Of a DNA stretch of 64,000 nucleotides, positions 31,372-41,704 are shown in pieces. Both the position numbers and the translations under genes were made by a program. Below the pieces are notes generated by a model, which had not been told where the DNA came from, ran no database searches, and saw nothing but the letters and a program-made list of their open reading frames with translations. The stretch lies in contig CM119268.1 of NCBI GenBank assembly GCA_051294375.1, positions 10,686,148-10,750,147 of the forward strand, given 5' to 3'. This DNA comes from Paraspadella gotoi (taxonomy: Eukaryota > Animalia > Chaetognatha). The stretch's first letter is position 1; each line of letters starts with the position of its first letter.

Positions 31372-34189
31372 ATGGCTTATCTTATACGAACCAAGACTGC
31401 GAGAGAAGGGCGACAGCCACCGTCTGAAAGGTTTGAGAGAGAGTGACTGTTTCCCAAGTAATCATATACACTATACACTAGACCTTGCCATATATGAAAA
31501 GTTTTGAAATCAAAAAACGAGTATTGTGTAAAAGGTGCCCATACATCATATGAATTTTTTGAACATTTTTTTTCAAAAATAAATTTACAGTAAATGCTGC
31601 CAACTTTGAAAAAAATGAAAAAAAATGGTAAAAAATAGACTTTTTGCTAAATATCTTTAAAAACTTTAATGCAAGAGGAACGAAACCCAAACTATCTTGT
31701 AGAGCGGAAAAAAATGACGTTATGTTACATTACCTTGCATTACAAATTTAACGTGAATTTTTTACTAAGTAAAATTTTTTAAAAACCTATGTTTTGGGCA
31801 ATTTTTGATAAAACATTTTTTAAAAATGATACTTTTAACAAAAGTTTGTGAAATATTTTGTAAAGAAAATTATGGCGAATTGAATAAAGAAATAATTGCC
31901 TTTGTTTTGCTGAACAGAATTTTTAAAAAAGCGATTATCGCGGTTAACAAAAGTTATAATTTTTTTAAATTTAAAAAAATCACTTTCCTTAATTAATTTA
32001 TTTTTTATTTAATAGCGTTTGAACTAGGGCTAAAGGGAAAAAGGGAATGCACTTTCTCAGCAAGTAAAAAAACAATAGTAAATTTCCTGATTTGACAATG
32101 GGAAATTTAATAATTTGTGCTCACCCAGCTCATTAAAGTTTTTTTTAAATTTTTATCATTTTATAATGGAATTATGACTTTTATAATAAGGTAGCTTTTT
32201 TTAATTTTTTTTCTATATAAAATATAAAAGAAAAATTGACAAAGCGACTTAAATGATTTAAAAATTGATAAAATGAGACAAAAAGAGTGAAATTAATGAA
32301 AGTTAAATAACTGAGAAAAGAGCAGTTGCTTGGCTGTTCTGCCGGTACGAGAAAAAAAGAGCCTATAGCTGCCAAAGAAAAAAAAACTAGTATATTCTAT
32401 CTTTTTTTATCTATTCATGATTTTATAGTTAATAATCTAAGTCTATTGTAAATAGTTGATTTAGTTTTTTGACATAAAATATAATTTTTAATTCATCTTT
32501 GATTTTTATTCATTTCATATCTTTTATAGTTGATGAAGTTTAATCAAACAAGTTGAATCTATTCTTAAATTAATCAAGCAAGCTTAATATTTTTTCAAAG
32601 TCTTTTACACACCTTTGATTAAGCCAATTATATTTAAACACAAATTATAATTCAACTCAGTTTTGGAGAAGCTAGCTTGACCAAAGGTAATTTCATGAAA
32701 AAATAGAAATAACTAGTTTTTCTTTCTTTGGCACTCTATGATGCATGGACCTTTTTTTTCTCGCATCCGGTAAGCAGCAAGCAACTTTCTCCTCAGTTTG
32801 CTTAAGTTTCATTAATTTTACTCTCTTTTTTCTCATTTTATCCAACTTTTTAATCATTTTAATCGCTTTTGTCAATTTTTCTTTTCTCTTTTTATAGAAA
32901 AAAAATTAAAAAAACTACCTTATTTAAAAGACATAATTCTATTATAAAATGATAAAAAATTAAAAAAAACTTTAATGACCTGGTGAGACAAAATATAAAA
33001 GTTACCCATTGTCAAATCAGAATTTACTATTTTTTTATTTACTCTGAGAAAAGTGCATTCCCTTTTTCCCTTTAGCCTAGTTCAAACCTATTAAATAAAA
33101 AATTAATTATTAAGGAAAGTGATTTTTTAAATTTAAAAAAAATTTATAACTTTTTAACCGATAATCCTTTTTTTAAAAATCTCTTTCAGCAAAACAAAGG
33201 CAATTATTTCAATTATTCAATTCGCCATAATTTTTTTTACAAAATATTTTCAAACATTGTTTAAACAATATCATTTTTTTAAAAATTTATTCAAAAATTG
33301 CCCAAAACAAATAGGTTTTTTTAAAAAAATTTTACTTAGCTAAAAAATTCACTTAATTTAATGCAAGGTATGTAACACAGTCAATTTTTTTCCGCTCTAC
33401 AAGATAGTTGTGGGTTCTGTCGTTCCTCTAGCAATAAAGTTTTTAAAGATATTTAGCAAAAGTCCATTTTTTTACCATTTTTTTTCATTTTTTTCAAAGT
33501 TGGCAGCATTTTACTGTAAATTTAATTTTTTGAAAAAAAATGTTCAAAAAACTCATATGATGTTATGGGCACCCTTTTACACAATACTCCGTTTTTTGAT
33601 TTCAAAACTTTTCATATATGGCAAGGTCTACTATACACAGTATACAGTATGCAGGCGAAGATTTGCTTTACGTAAACCCTGCTCAATTTCAAATTTATTT
33701 TCTCGTCCACTCTCCTTCCTCAGCATAATGGACGAAATCGGGCGCCACCGCCTCCGTGGCCTCGACTTTTACCACGTCAAGCAAATCGCCGGCGAAGACA
33801 CTGGCCTCTTCGAAACTATGAAGTTCGAGAGCAACAGATTTGCGAGCTTCTACGACTGGCCCTTGAAGGTTTAAATTTAAAAGACTTACATTAAAAGCTG
33901 AAAAAGAACATTATTTAGTTTTAAAGGCATGTGGTGGTGACAGAGAGATACAGGGTAAATATCGGTCCATCCCATTTTCTACATTTTCTACATAACAACG
34001 TAAGCTGCTCAGGCGCTACGAAAGAAAGAGGCACCAGAATATTGTTTTTGAAGTTTATATTAAAAAAAAAAATCTTAAAAGCATAAGGATCAAGCCATGA
34101 TGATAGTCATTCATTGATGCGATGATAGTCATTCAATCATCGTAAATAAAACAAACAAATGCGTTATGAGTGAAAGAGAGAGAGAGAGA

Positions 34190-34247
<58 letters not shown>

Positions 34248-34575
34248 CTGGACAGTTTTTCCCGCCAACGAAACGCAATCAGAATTTTTAGGGAAAAATC
34301 TTAAAAGCAATAGGGATCGAGCCAGCTTTCGATGGTAACCAAATATTAATGCGATGATAACTAAATATGATGCGATGATAACCAATAATTGATGCGAAGA
34401 TAATAAAATAACTGATGTGATGATAATCAAATGATTGATGCGATGATAGTCATTCATTGATGTGATGATAATCATTCATTGATATGATGATAATCATTCA
34501 TTGATGCGATGATAGTCATTCATTGACGCGATGAGTCATTCATCGTAAATAAAACAAACAAATGCGTGTATGAAT

Positions 34576-34654
<79 letters not shown>

Positions 34655-34806
34655 TGAGAGAGGCTGCAGTCAGTTTCACTCTCGTTTATATAAAGAATAA
34701 TCAAAATTTTAGAAAAAAAATTCACGAAAATCTCGGATGTAAATTTGGGATTTTGTATTGAGAAAAAAGCGCCGGAATAAATGGCGGAATAAATGAAGAA
34801 AAAAAG

Positions 34807-34871
<65 letters not shown>

Positions 34872-35575
34872 TAGAGAGAAGCTGGACCGCCCTGCAGAGC
34901 TGAACTCGTTTTTTCGACGTATCTGAGTAGGGACGAACTCTTTTCCTTTCTAATATTTTTTTTACTTATTAAAAAAAATTTTATGTCCTCATCTTAAAAA
35001 AGTTTTAATCTTGAATGAAATTTTAGATTGTTCTTTTTTTTAAGAAGAAACCAGACCGAGGTCAAATTTCATATTTGCATATTTAACTAATTTATAAATA
35101 TTTATCCCAACTCAAATAATTATTATTTTAAAAAAGAATAAAAATGATTAAATATATACACTAAAAAAAATTTACAATTTTAAAATTTTAAAAATTGTTA
35201 GAATAACAAAAAAAAGTAATGTTTAATTTGACAATATCTCTCTTCTCAACTCCTATTTTAGATATAATTTTGCCAATAGTGGGCCGACCGGTCCAAAGTT
35301 ACAGTAATAAACAAAAACAAAAAAAATTTTTTTGTTAGAAAGTTATATATGTAATTAAATTAATCCGCGCAATTGCCGGACATATAGCAGCTATATGTAC
35401 AGCAGCAAGCTGATGTACATGTGACATTGCCTGCATTTTTTTCTAAAATGAATCCATGAAAATCTCGGATGTAAATTTGGTATTTTGTATAGAGAAAAAA
35501 AATAAATGGCGATAATAAAAGTTTTTAGAAGGAAAAAAATAATAAGAATTTTCAAAAAACGAACGATCGTACATT

Positions 35576-35642
<67 letters not shown>

Positions 35643-35856
35643 CTGAACAGAGCCGGAACTCGTTTACTCGTTTACTCGTCGCCTGGTGAAAAAAAAAAGT
35701 GACTAAAAAATTTTTTTTTGTAAAAAAAAAAGAGAGAGAGAGAGATAGAGAGAGCCGGAACTCGTTTAATGACGGAGGTGAAAAAAAGGTGACTAAAAAT
35801 TATTTTTGTACAAAAAAAAGAGATAGAAAGAGAGAAAGAGAGAGAGAGACAGATAG

Positions 35857-35901
<45 letters not shown>

Positions 35902-35979
35902 AGAGCCGGAACTCGTTTACTCGTTTACAAGTTTAAATTTTTTTTTGTAAAAAAAAAAAAAAAAGAAAAGGAGAGAAGT

Positions 35980-36020
<41 letters not shown>

Positions 36021-36376
36021 AAGTTTTCCCGCCAACGATACGCAATATTAGGTCACTCTTGTTTATATCCGGTGATCTGCGTCAAGTTGATTTTTTTTAT
36101 ACACGTAACGTTTCCGTTGCCATCAAAACGCGTTATTAGGTCATGTTCCTCGACATTGTTTACTCGTTGCCCCGCAACGGCCACGAAATCCAGGTCAAGT
36201 AAGTTATTCTTCACATTTTCTCAAAAAAATCCACGAAAATCTCAGATGTAAATTTGGGATTTTGTATTGAGAAAGAGAGCGCGGAATAAATGGCGTATAA
36301 TAAGTTTTTAGAAGGAAAGAAATAATAAGAATTTTTCAAAAAACGGTGGTAAACAAAGTGAATAATTTTTTTTTTG

Positions 36377-36424
<48 letters not shown>

Positions 36425-38641
36425 AGAGAGAACGGAGGGAGACGGAGGGAGAGAGAGAGAGAGAGAGCCTGACTCGTTTTTTTTAAACGATTCAGAAAGG
36501 CCGCGCCTGATCAAATATATATGTTTTTTAGAAAGAAAAAAATAATCAGAATTTTTCAAAAAAACGAACGATCACGCAAGAGATCGCACACAAAGAGACA
36601 GACAGAGAAGAAACTCGTTTTTAAACGATTCAGAAAAGGCAGCGCCTAAAAAAAAATATATAAATTAAAAAATAAATAAAAGAAAGGCAAAAAATGTTAC
36701 AATGGTTTACAATTGGAAACTTTTCAATTTTTTCCAATCGCAGCTTGTAAAAGATTTTTATTTTTATTTGTATTAAAATTAAGATATAGCTTCTCATTAA
36801 AATCCTTTGAGTTCCCATTTTATTAGAATTTTAAAAAAAATTTTTGAATTTCATCTTCAATATTATATACTGCAATATGTAAATTAGCTTAAAGCATTTC
36901 TATATACTAATTTGGATATTATAATCAGTACTATAATCTCATTTGCATATTGCAGTAAATCATAATGAAGTGGAAATTCAAACAAAAAATACTTAAATCC
37001 AAATGTAATGAGAAAATATCAAAGCTATTTTAAATTGAGAAGCCATATCTAAATTTTAACTTACTATGATTGCACACTTTTGTAAAACTCTATCATAATT
37101 TATAAATAATTTTTATTAAAAAAAAAACGGTAAGTCACAGCCAAACCTATAAAAGCGTAGTACTTTTTATAGTAAAAAACAGCGTGACGGCCGACGACGA
37201 CGACGACGACGTCACAAAGAAGCTCACCCGAATCAATATCAAGCCTGAACCGGCTTCGCCGGTCATGGCTGTGATAATAATATTCGTGATAAAAGTTTTA
37301 CGTCTGGAGGTGAATTGGAGTAAAACGAAAACTTTTACAAAAACGTAACGAAAAGAGAGAAATTACACAAGCTGAATTGTTTATTCTACAGAGTGGCACT
37401 CAAATCAAAACAACGACAACAATGAGGTTTAGTGTCATTTTAATTCGCTTCTTATTATTTATGATCAATGAAACTCTTCTTTCTTTTCCAAGGATGTCGA
37501 CGTTTACCCAATAAAACTGGCCAAGGCGGGATTCTATTTCTCCGGCGAAGGAAAAACAACGACCTGTTTTGTCTGCGAAGGAACCGTTCATGATTGGTCA
37601 AAATGGGACGACCCGCATATGGTTCACAAGCAGAGGTTCCCGCTCTGCGACTTTCTCAAGGGAAAAATCAAGGGCGTCCCAGCAAGAATGGACGAGCAAC
37701 TGCTGCGCCATCGCGAGGATTCCTCGAGAATCTTGAGCGAGCTGGAGAAGCTCGACGAGCAAACGACCCAAACGACAGAGTACTTGGCCTCCATACCGAA
37801 CATGACGGACGAGCAGCTTGGCATCCTCAACTCCACTCCATTTGAAGACGTGAATAAAAGGCTCGCGTCTTTCTCGACGAGCTGGCGGGATGCTGGCGAT
37901 GCTCCCGGTCCTGCAGGCGCCGCCTGCTGCGCCTATTCATGGCCCGGCGACGACGCACCCTCTGCTGAGGGACTCAGCGCCGCTGGGTTTTTTTGCGTTG
38001 GTCCCTTGGATTCGGTTCGATGTTTCCGCTGCGGGATCGTCGTCAGCAATTGGAAGAAGGATGAGGAGCCTTGGATTCGTCATGCCATGTATGCACAGTT
38101 GTATTGCACAGTTGTATTGCACACAATGCATTAGGCAATCTCAAGTCTTCACGAATGTTTTAAATAAACACCGCTTCTATCTTTATTTAAAACATTTTTT
38201 ATTCTTTCTTTAGATGTTACAAATCGCAGAAAAAATGTTGAAAGGCCCAAGAGAAAAGTTTTCAAGCTAATGCAAGAAAAAAAATCCGTCTGAACAAAAC
38301 GGTTTTTTTTTAATACGTATCAATTACTGACAAAAATTTGAGAGACTTTTTAATTTTTTGGGTTTTAAAATTAAAAACTTGTTTTCAGGATGTCTCCCGC
38401 CTGCCAATTCATCAAAAATTACAAGGGCGAAGGCTTCGTCCAGGAAGTCCTCGATGGCCGCATCACTGGAGGACTGGTCGCCCCCGTCGATCCTCGACGG
38501 CCGAACCTTCCTTTGCTGCCGTCGCTGGCTCCCGATCCCGACGTCGGACGAAAACTCCGTCGAAACGACGCAGGAGAAGCTAACGCGCAGCAGCCGACTA
38601 CGTGGGCGTGTCTTTATTCGAAATCGCCGAAATCTATCTAA
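31372..38641 (+). CDS. Inhibitor-of-apoptosis (BIR-domain) protein, paralogue A: two BIR domains, no RING
   Basis: Exons 31372-31430, 33724-33868, 37493-38088 and 38389-38641 (phases 2,0,2). BIR1: MKFESNRFASFYDWP..KLAKAGFYF..CFVC-x16-H-x6-C. BIR2: RLASF..WP..LSAAGFF..CFRC-x16-H-x6-C. Confidence 0.9.
31479..33630. mobile_element. Foldback-like non-autonomous DNA transposon (hAT-type TSD) in IAP-A intron 1
   Basis: Inverted arms of about 940 bp (31479-~32420 and ~32693-33630) start with TAGACCTTGCCATATATGAAAAG and flank a spacer of about 270 bp. Exact 8-bp TSD CTATACAC at 31471-31478 and 33631-33638. Confidence 0.92.
34090..36660 (+). repeat. Compound higher-order repeat in IAP-A intron 2
   Basis: A ~22-bp unit GATGATARTCATTCATTGATGC (34095-34545), three copies of AAAATCTCRGATGTAAATTTGGKATTTTGTA (about 34727, 35459, 36236), recurring (GA)n tracts and GAGCCGGAACTCGTTT units. 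Confidence 0.8.
36770..37060. mobile_element. MITE-like imperfect palindrome
   Basis: Inverted pairs TAAAATTAAGATATAGCTTCTCA/TGAGAAGCCATATCTAAATTTTA and TACTGCAATATG/CATATTGCAGTA. The TSD was not resolved. Confidence 0.55.
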
Positions 38642-39399
38642 ACTCGCGCGAGTGATCAGCTTTTTTATGGTTATCACCGGCTCACTGGGCTGAGAGTAGA
38701 CTGATGTTGTTGTAGTAGTTTTAATTTTTTTTAATTAGAGCTCTAATATGCTTTTTAAATTGCATTATTATTTTATTATTTTATTTTATTGTTTTATTAT
38801 TTATTATCTATGTAGTTAAACCCATTTAGTGTGCAGTTTATTTTACTTATGATTGTTATATAGTATTTCATTTTATTATTGGTTGTGTTGTGGCAAGAAT
38901 CGACAATGATTTTATTCTCCAACAACAAATACAAAAATCAACAAGTTGTGGCGACGAAGGTTTCGTCACCACGGGGTCAACCCGAGTTGGCCACTATGTT
39001 TAGCCATTGCGAGGGAAGCAGGTTACTGACACACACTCTCTCTCTCTCTCGCTACTTGATCACTGCCTCGCTCTCTCTGTTTAGTCTCATATCATGTTCC
39101 TTGAACGTCTCTCTGTTCCTATTATTTAACTTGCCGATAAATATGTATTATGTGCCTCTACAAAGTGAAAATGCTAAGTGTAAAACGGTAAACAATAACT
39201 TTACAAGCAGCCGGCTGAGGTCAGCAGGGAGAGAGTCACTGATGACCGTGGTGACCGGTCTGCGATTGAATGAGAGAGAGAGAGAGAGTTCTTGATCTGA
39301 TAAGGTCGCGTGTTGTGGTTGCCTCTAATTTACTAATTTACAACAAAGTGGACGATATTATTTCTTTGTACCAATAAAGTTTATAAAGAATTATAAAGC

Positions 39400-39640
39400 T
39401 TACAGTGTAGAGGCTGGTTTTACAGGGCGCCACACCCGCAGCGGTGTCACCTCGTGGCGACAGCGAGACAGCATGTTCATGTAGTCCAGAGCTTTGGATC
39501 TGGCAGTAGGCCCATGCCTACAGGCGGGTTACCCGGTCCATCCCACTTTTTACATGACAACCTCAGGGCTCGAACCAGGGACGCACTGAGGCGCTGCGAA
39601 AGAAACAGCTTTAATCCATCTGTAGTGATAGGACCACCAG
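39400..39640 (-). mobile_element. tRNA-headed SINE-like element, family D (carries a twister motif)
   Basis: On the minus strand the canonical B-box GGTTCGAGCCC (about 39566-39576) precedes the twister fold. It is followed by 3' hairpins (ACACC...GGTGT) and GGCGCCCTGTAAAAC. The element is GC-rich within AT-rich intergenic DNA. Confidence 0.65.
39478..39556 (-). ncRNA. Twister ribozyme-like motif, type P5 (family D)
   Basis: Minus strand reads CATGTA-AAAA-GTGG-GA-TGG-ACCGGG-TAA-CCC-GC-CTGTAGGC-ATGG-GCCTACTG-CCAGA-T-CCA-AA-GC-TCTGG-AC-TACATG. Pairings: P5 CATGTA/TACATG, T1 TGG/CCA, P3 GTAGGC/GCCTAC, P4 CCAGA/TCTGG. Confidence 0.8.
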
Positions 39641-40194
39641 AACAGCTTATATGAGAAAAAAAAGATTTATTTCATCTGCGATACGGTTTCATGATTTTAA
39701 CTACCCAATAGTCAAGCATACACCTCATTAACAAAAATTAAATCCTTCAAAGTTCACATTGTAAACTTACATATTTTTATAGTAAGAAACTGAAAACAAT
39801 TAATCTCTTTTTGTTATATAATTTTTTTTTTTACAAAATGGGCATCTGTTAACTTATGAGCCGTTTTTATGTTTTTCATTGGATATCAATAATGAAAATA
39901 TATTAAGTATTTTATAATGTACTTCTTTATTATCTTTAGAAAGGTCATTGACATAGAATGGAATTGAAATACTCCTGAAAATTCAAATAAAAAAAGCTTT
40001 TTTTTTGTTCAATTCTTATCTCAAACGCAACAAAAATATTTGTCCAAAACATTGTCCTCAAAAATTAAAAAAGATGTTTCTATAAAATTTCTAATGAAAA
40101 TGAGCGTCAGAGATAGGACTGACAATTTGTTGAGACTCTAAAGATAAAGAATATATAGAAGTCAAAGCGTCAATTCGAGGGATTAAAAAATTTT

Positions 40195-40602
40195 TTTTAT
40201 TGATTTCTTTATTTCTTCTTTATTGATTTATTCATTTCTTTACTGATTTATTTATTTATTTATTTATTTATTTATTGATTAATTGATTGATTGATTGATT
40301 TCTTTATTTCTTTATTTCTTTCTTTATTTCTTTCTTTATTTATTTCTTTATTTCTTTATTTATTTATTTCTTTATTTCTTTCTTTCTTTATTTCTTTATT
40401 TCTTTCTTTCTTTATTTCTTTATTTATTTCTTTATTTATTTCTTTATTTATTTCTTTATTTATTTCTTTATTTATTTCTTTATTTCTTTATTTCGTTCGT
40501 TCGTTCGTTCGTTCGTTCGTTCGTTCGTTCGTTCGTTCGTTCGTTCGTTCGTTCGTTCGTTCGTTCGTTCGTTCGTTCGTTCGTTCGTTCGTTCGTTCGT
40601 TC
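40195..40602 (+). repeat. Compound microsatellite: (TTTA/TTTC)n followed by (TTCG)n
   Basis: Directly visible; it accounts for the FISL and SFVR repeat ORFs. Confidence 0.95.
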
Positions 40603-41095
40603 TCTCCTTTATCGGGCCGATGACGTGAGATCTATTCAGTAACTGAAATTAGCTTCCAGCTCGAACTTATTTCAGTTAATTCAGAGCTGAGACTATGAAC
40701 GTAACCAAATCTTTCTCCTCGTCCTGCGATTCGACGTTATCTTAGATAAGATCTTCTTCCTTTGCCAAACGATCGACCCAGATGCCAAAAAATTATATTG
40801 TTTTAATGGGAACTGAAGGATTGATAGTAAGATCCACTTTTAAAGTAAAAATTCTGCTTCTTCAGAAATTTACCCTCTGAGGAAAATGTTTATAACGTAG
40901 CAACTATCCTAGCTAGAATGCTACAAATTGGTACCAAAAAAAAAGGTCAAGTATTTTTCTCCTAGTATGAAAAAATTTTATAACCTGATTGCTCTTCGTT
41001 TCGATTATATTACAAGTTTTTTCGTATCACTCCAAATTGAAGTCCCTGAAGTTTGACTTTGAGTCATACATATATTCCTGTCTCAGTCGTTCCTC

Positions 41096-41152
41096 TGATT
41101 GGCCGCCGTCCCGGCATAAAAAGCTACGGTGACCGGATCGAATTGCGCAGTT
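41096..41152 (+). promoter_or_regulatory. Putative core promoter of IAP paralogue B
   Basis: Reverse CCAAT box (CTGATTGGCC), TATA-like CATAAAAAG at 41115-41123, and Inr-like GCAGTT about 30 bp downstream within the motif shared with paralogue A. Confidence 0.45.
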
Positions 41153-41704
41153 ACTGACGACCAGGCCGCTTCCTTTTATTGACATCTTCCCTGGAATATA
41201 TATATTTATATATATTTGTTCTAAGTTTCAAAAGTTTACAATTTTACAATTGTTATATTTGAACTTGTATTATTGTTGTCTTTCTTTTCCTTTTCTAGAA
41301 GAAAACAAAAAAAAACTTATTCGGCCACGCTGACCGTCTCCGTCGCTTCAGTACGGACGCGGAGTGGTCATTTGACTAAAACTTATAATTCCTCCGCTTC
41401 AAATCGGGCATACATGCCATGTACGCATGGATTTAAAAAAAAAAGATTTTTTTCTCGTTGTCGACCCGAATCGTCCTCTAAATCTCGAGCGTAACGTCGA
41501 AATGACGATTGGGTTGGATCGTGCCGAAGGAACGGCTCTCCTTTCTCCTTTGAATTATCGACTATTCGATGAAAAATGGCCGTGGAAACTTTTAACGGCG
41601 TGAAGGACTCTTTGGTCTCCTACGTCTTTCTCGTCCTCGTGAATTCAACCGCAGAAGCCCTTTAGAATTAAACATATAATCTCTTCTTTCGCCACATCGT
41701 CGCC

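Noticed and set aside
33410-33723. N-terminal extension of the ORF 33410-33874
   Set aside because: It derives from the foldback arm and intron; the real exon begins at the acceptor 33723/33724.
34095-34545. Regular ~22-bp repeats resembling a CRISPR array
   Set aside because: The units are head-to-tail with no unique spacers, there are no cas genes, and the context is a eukaryotic intron.
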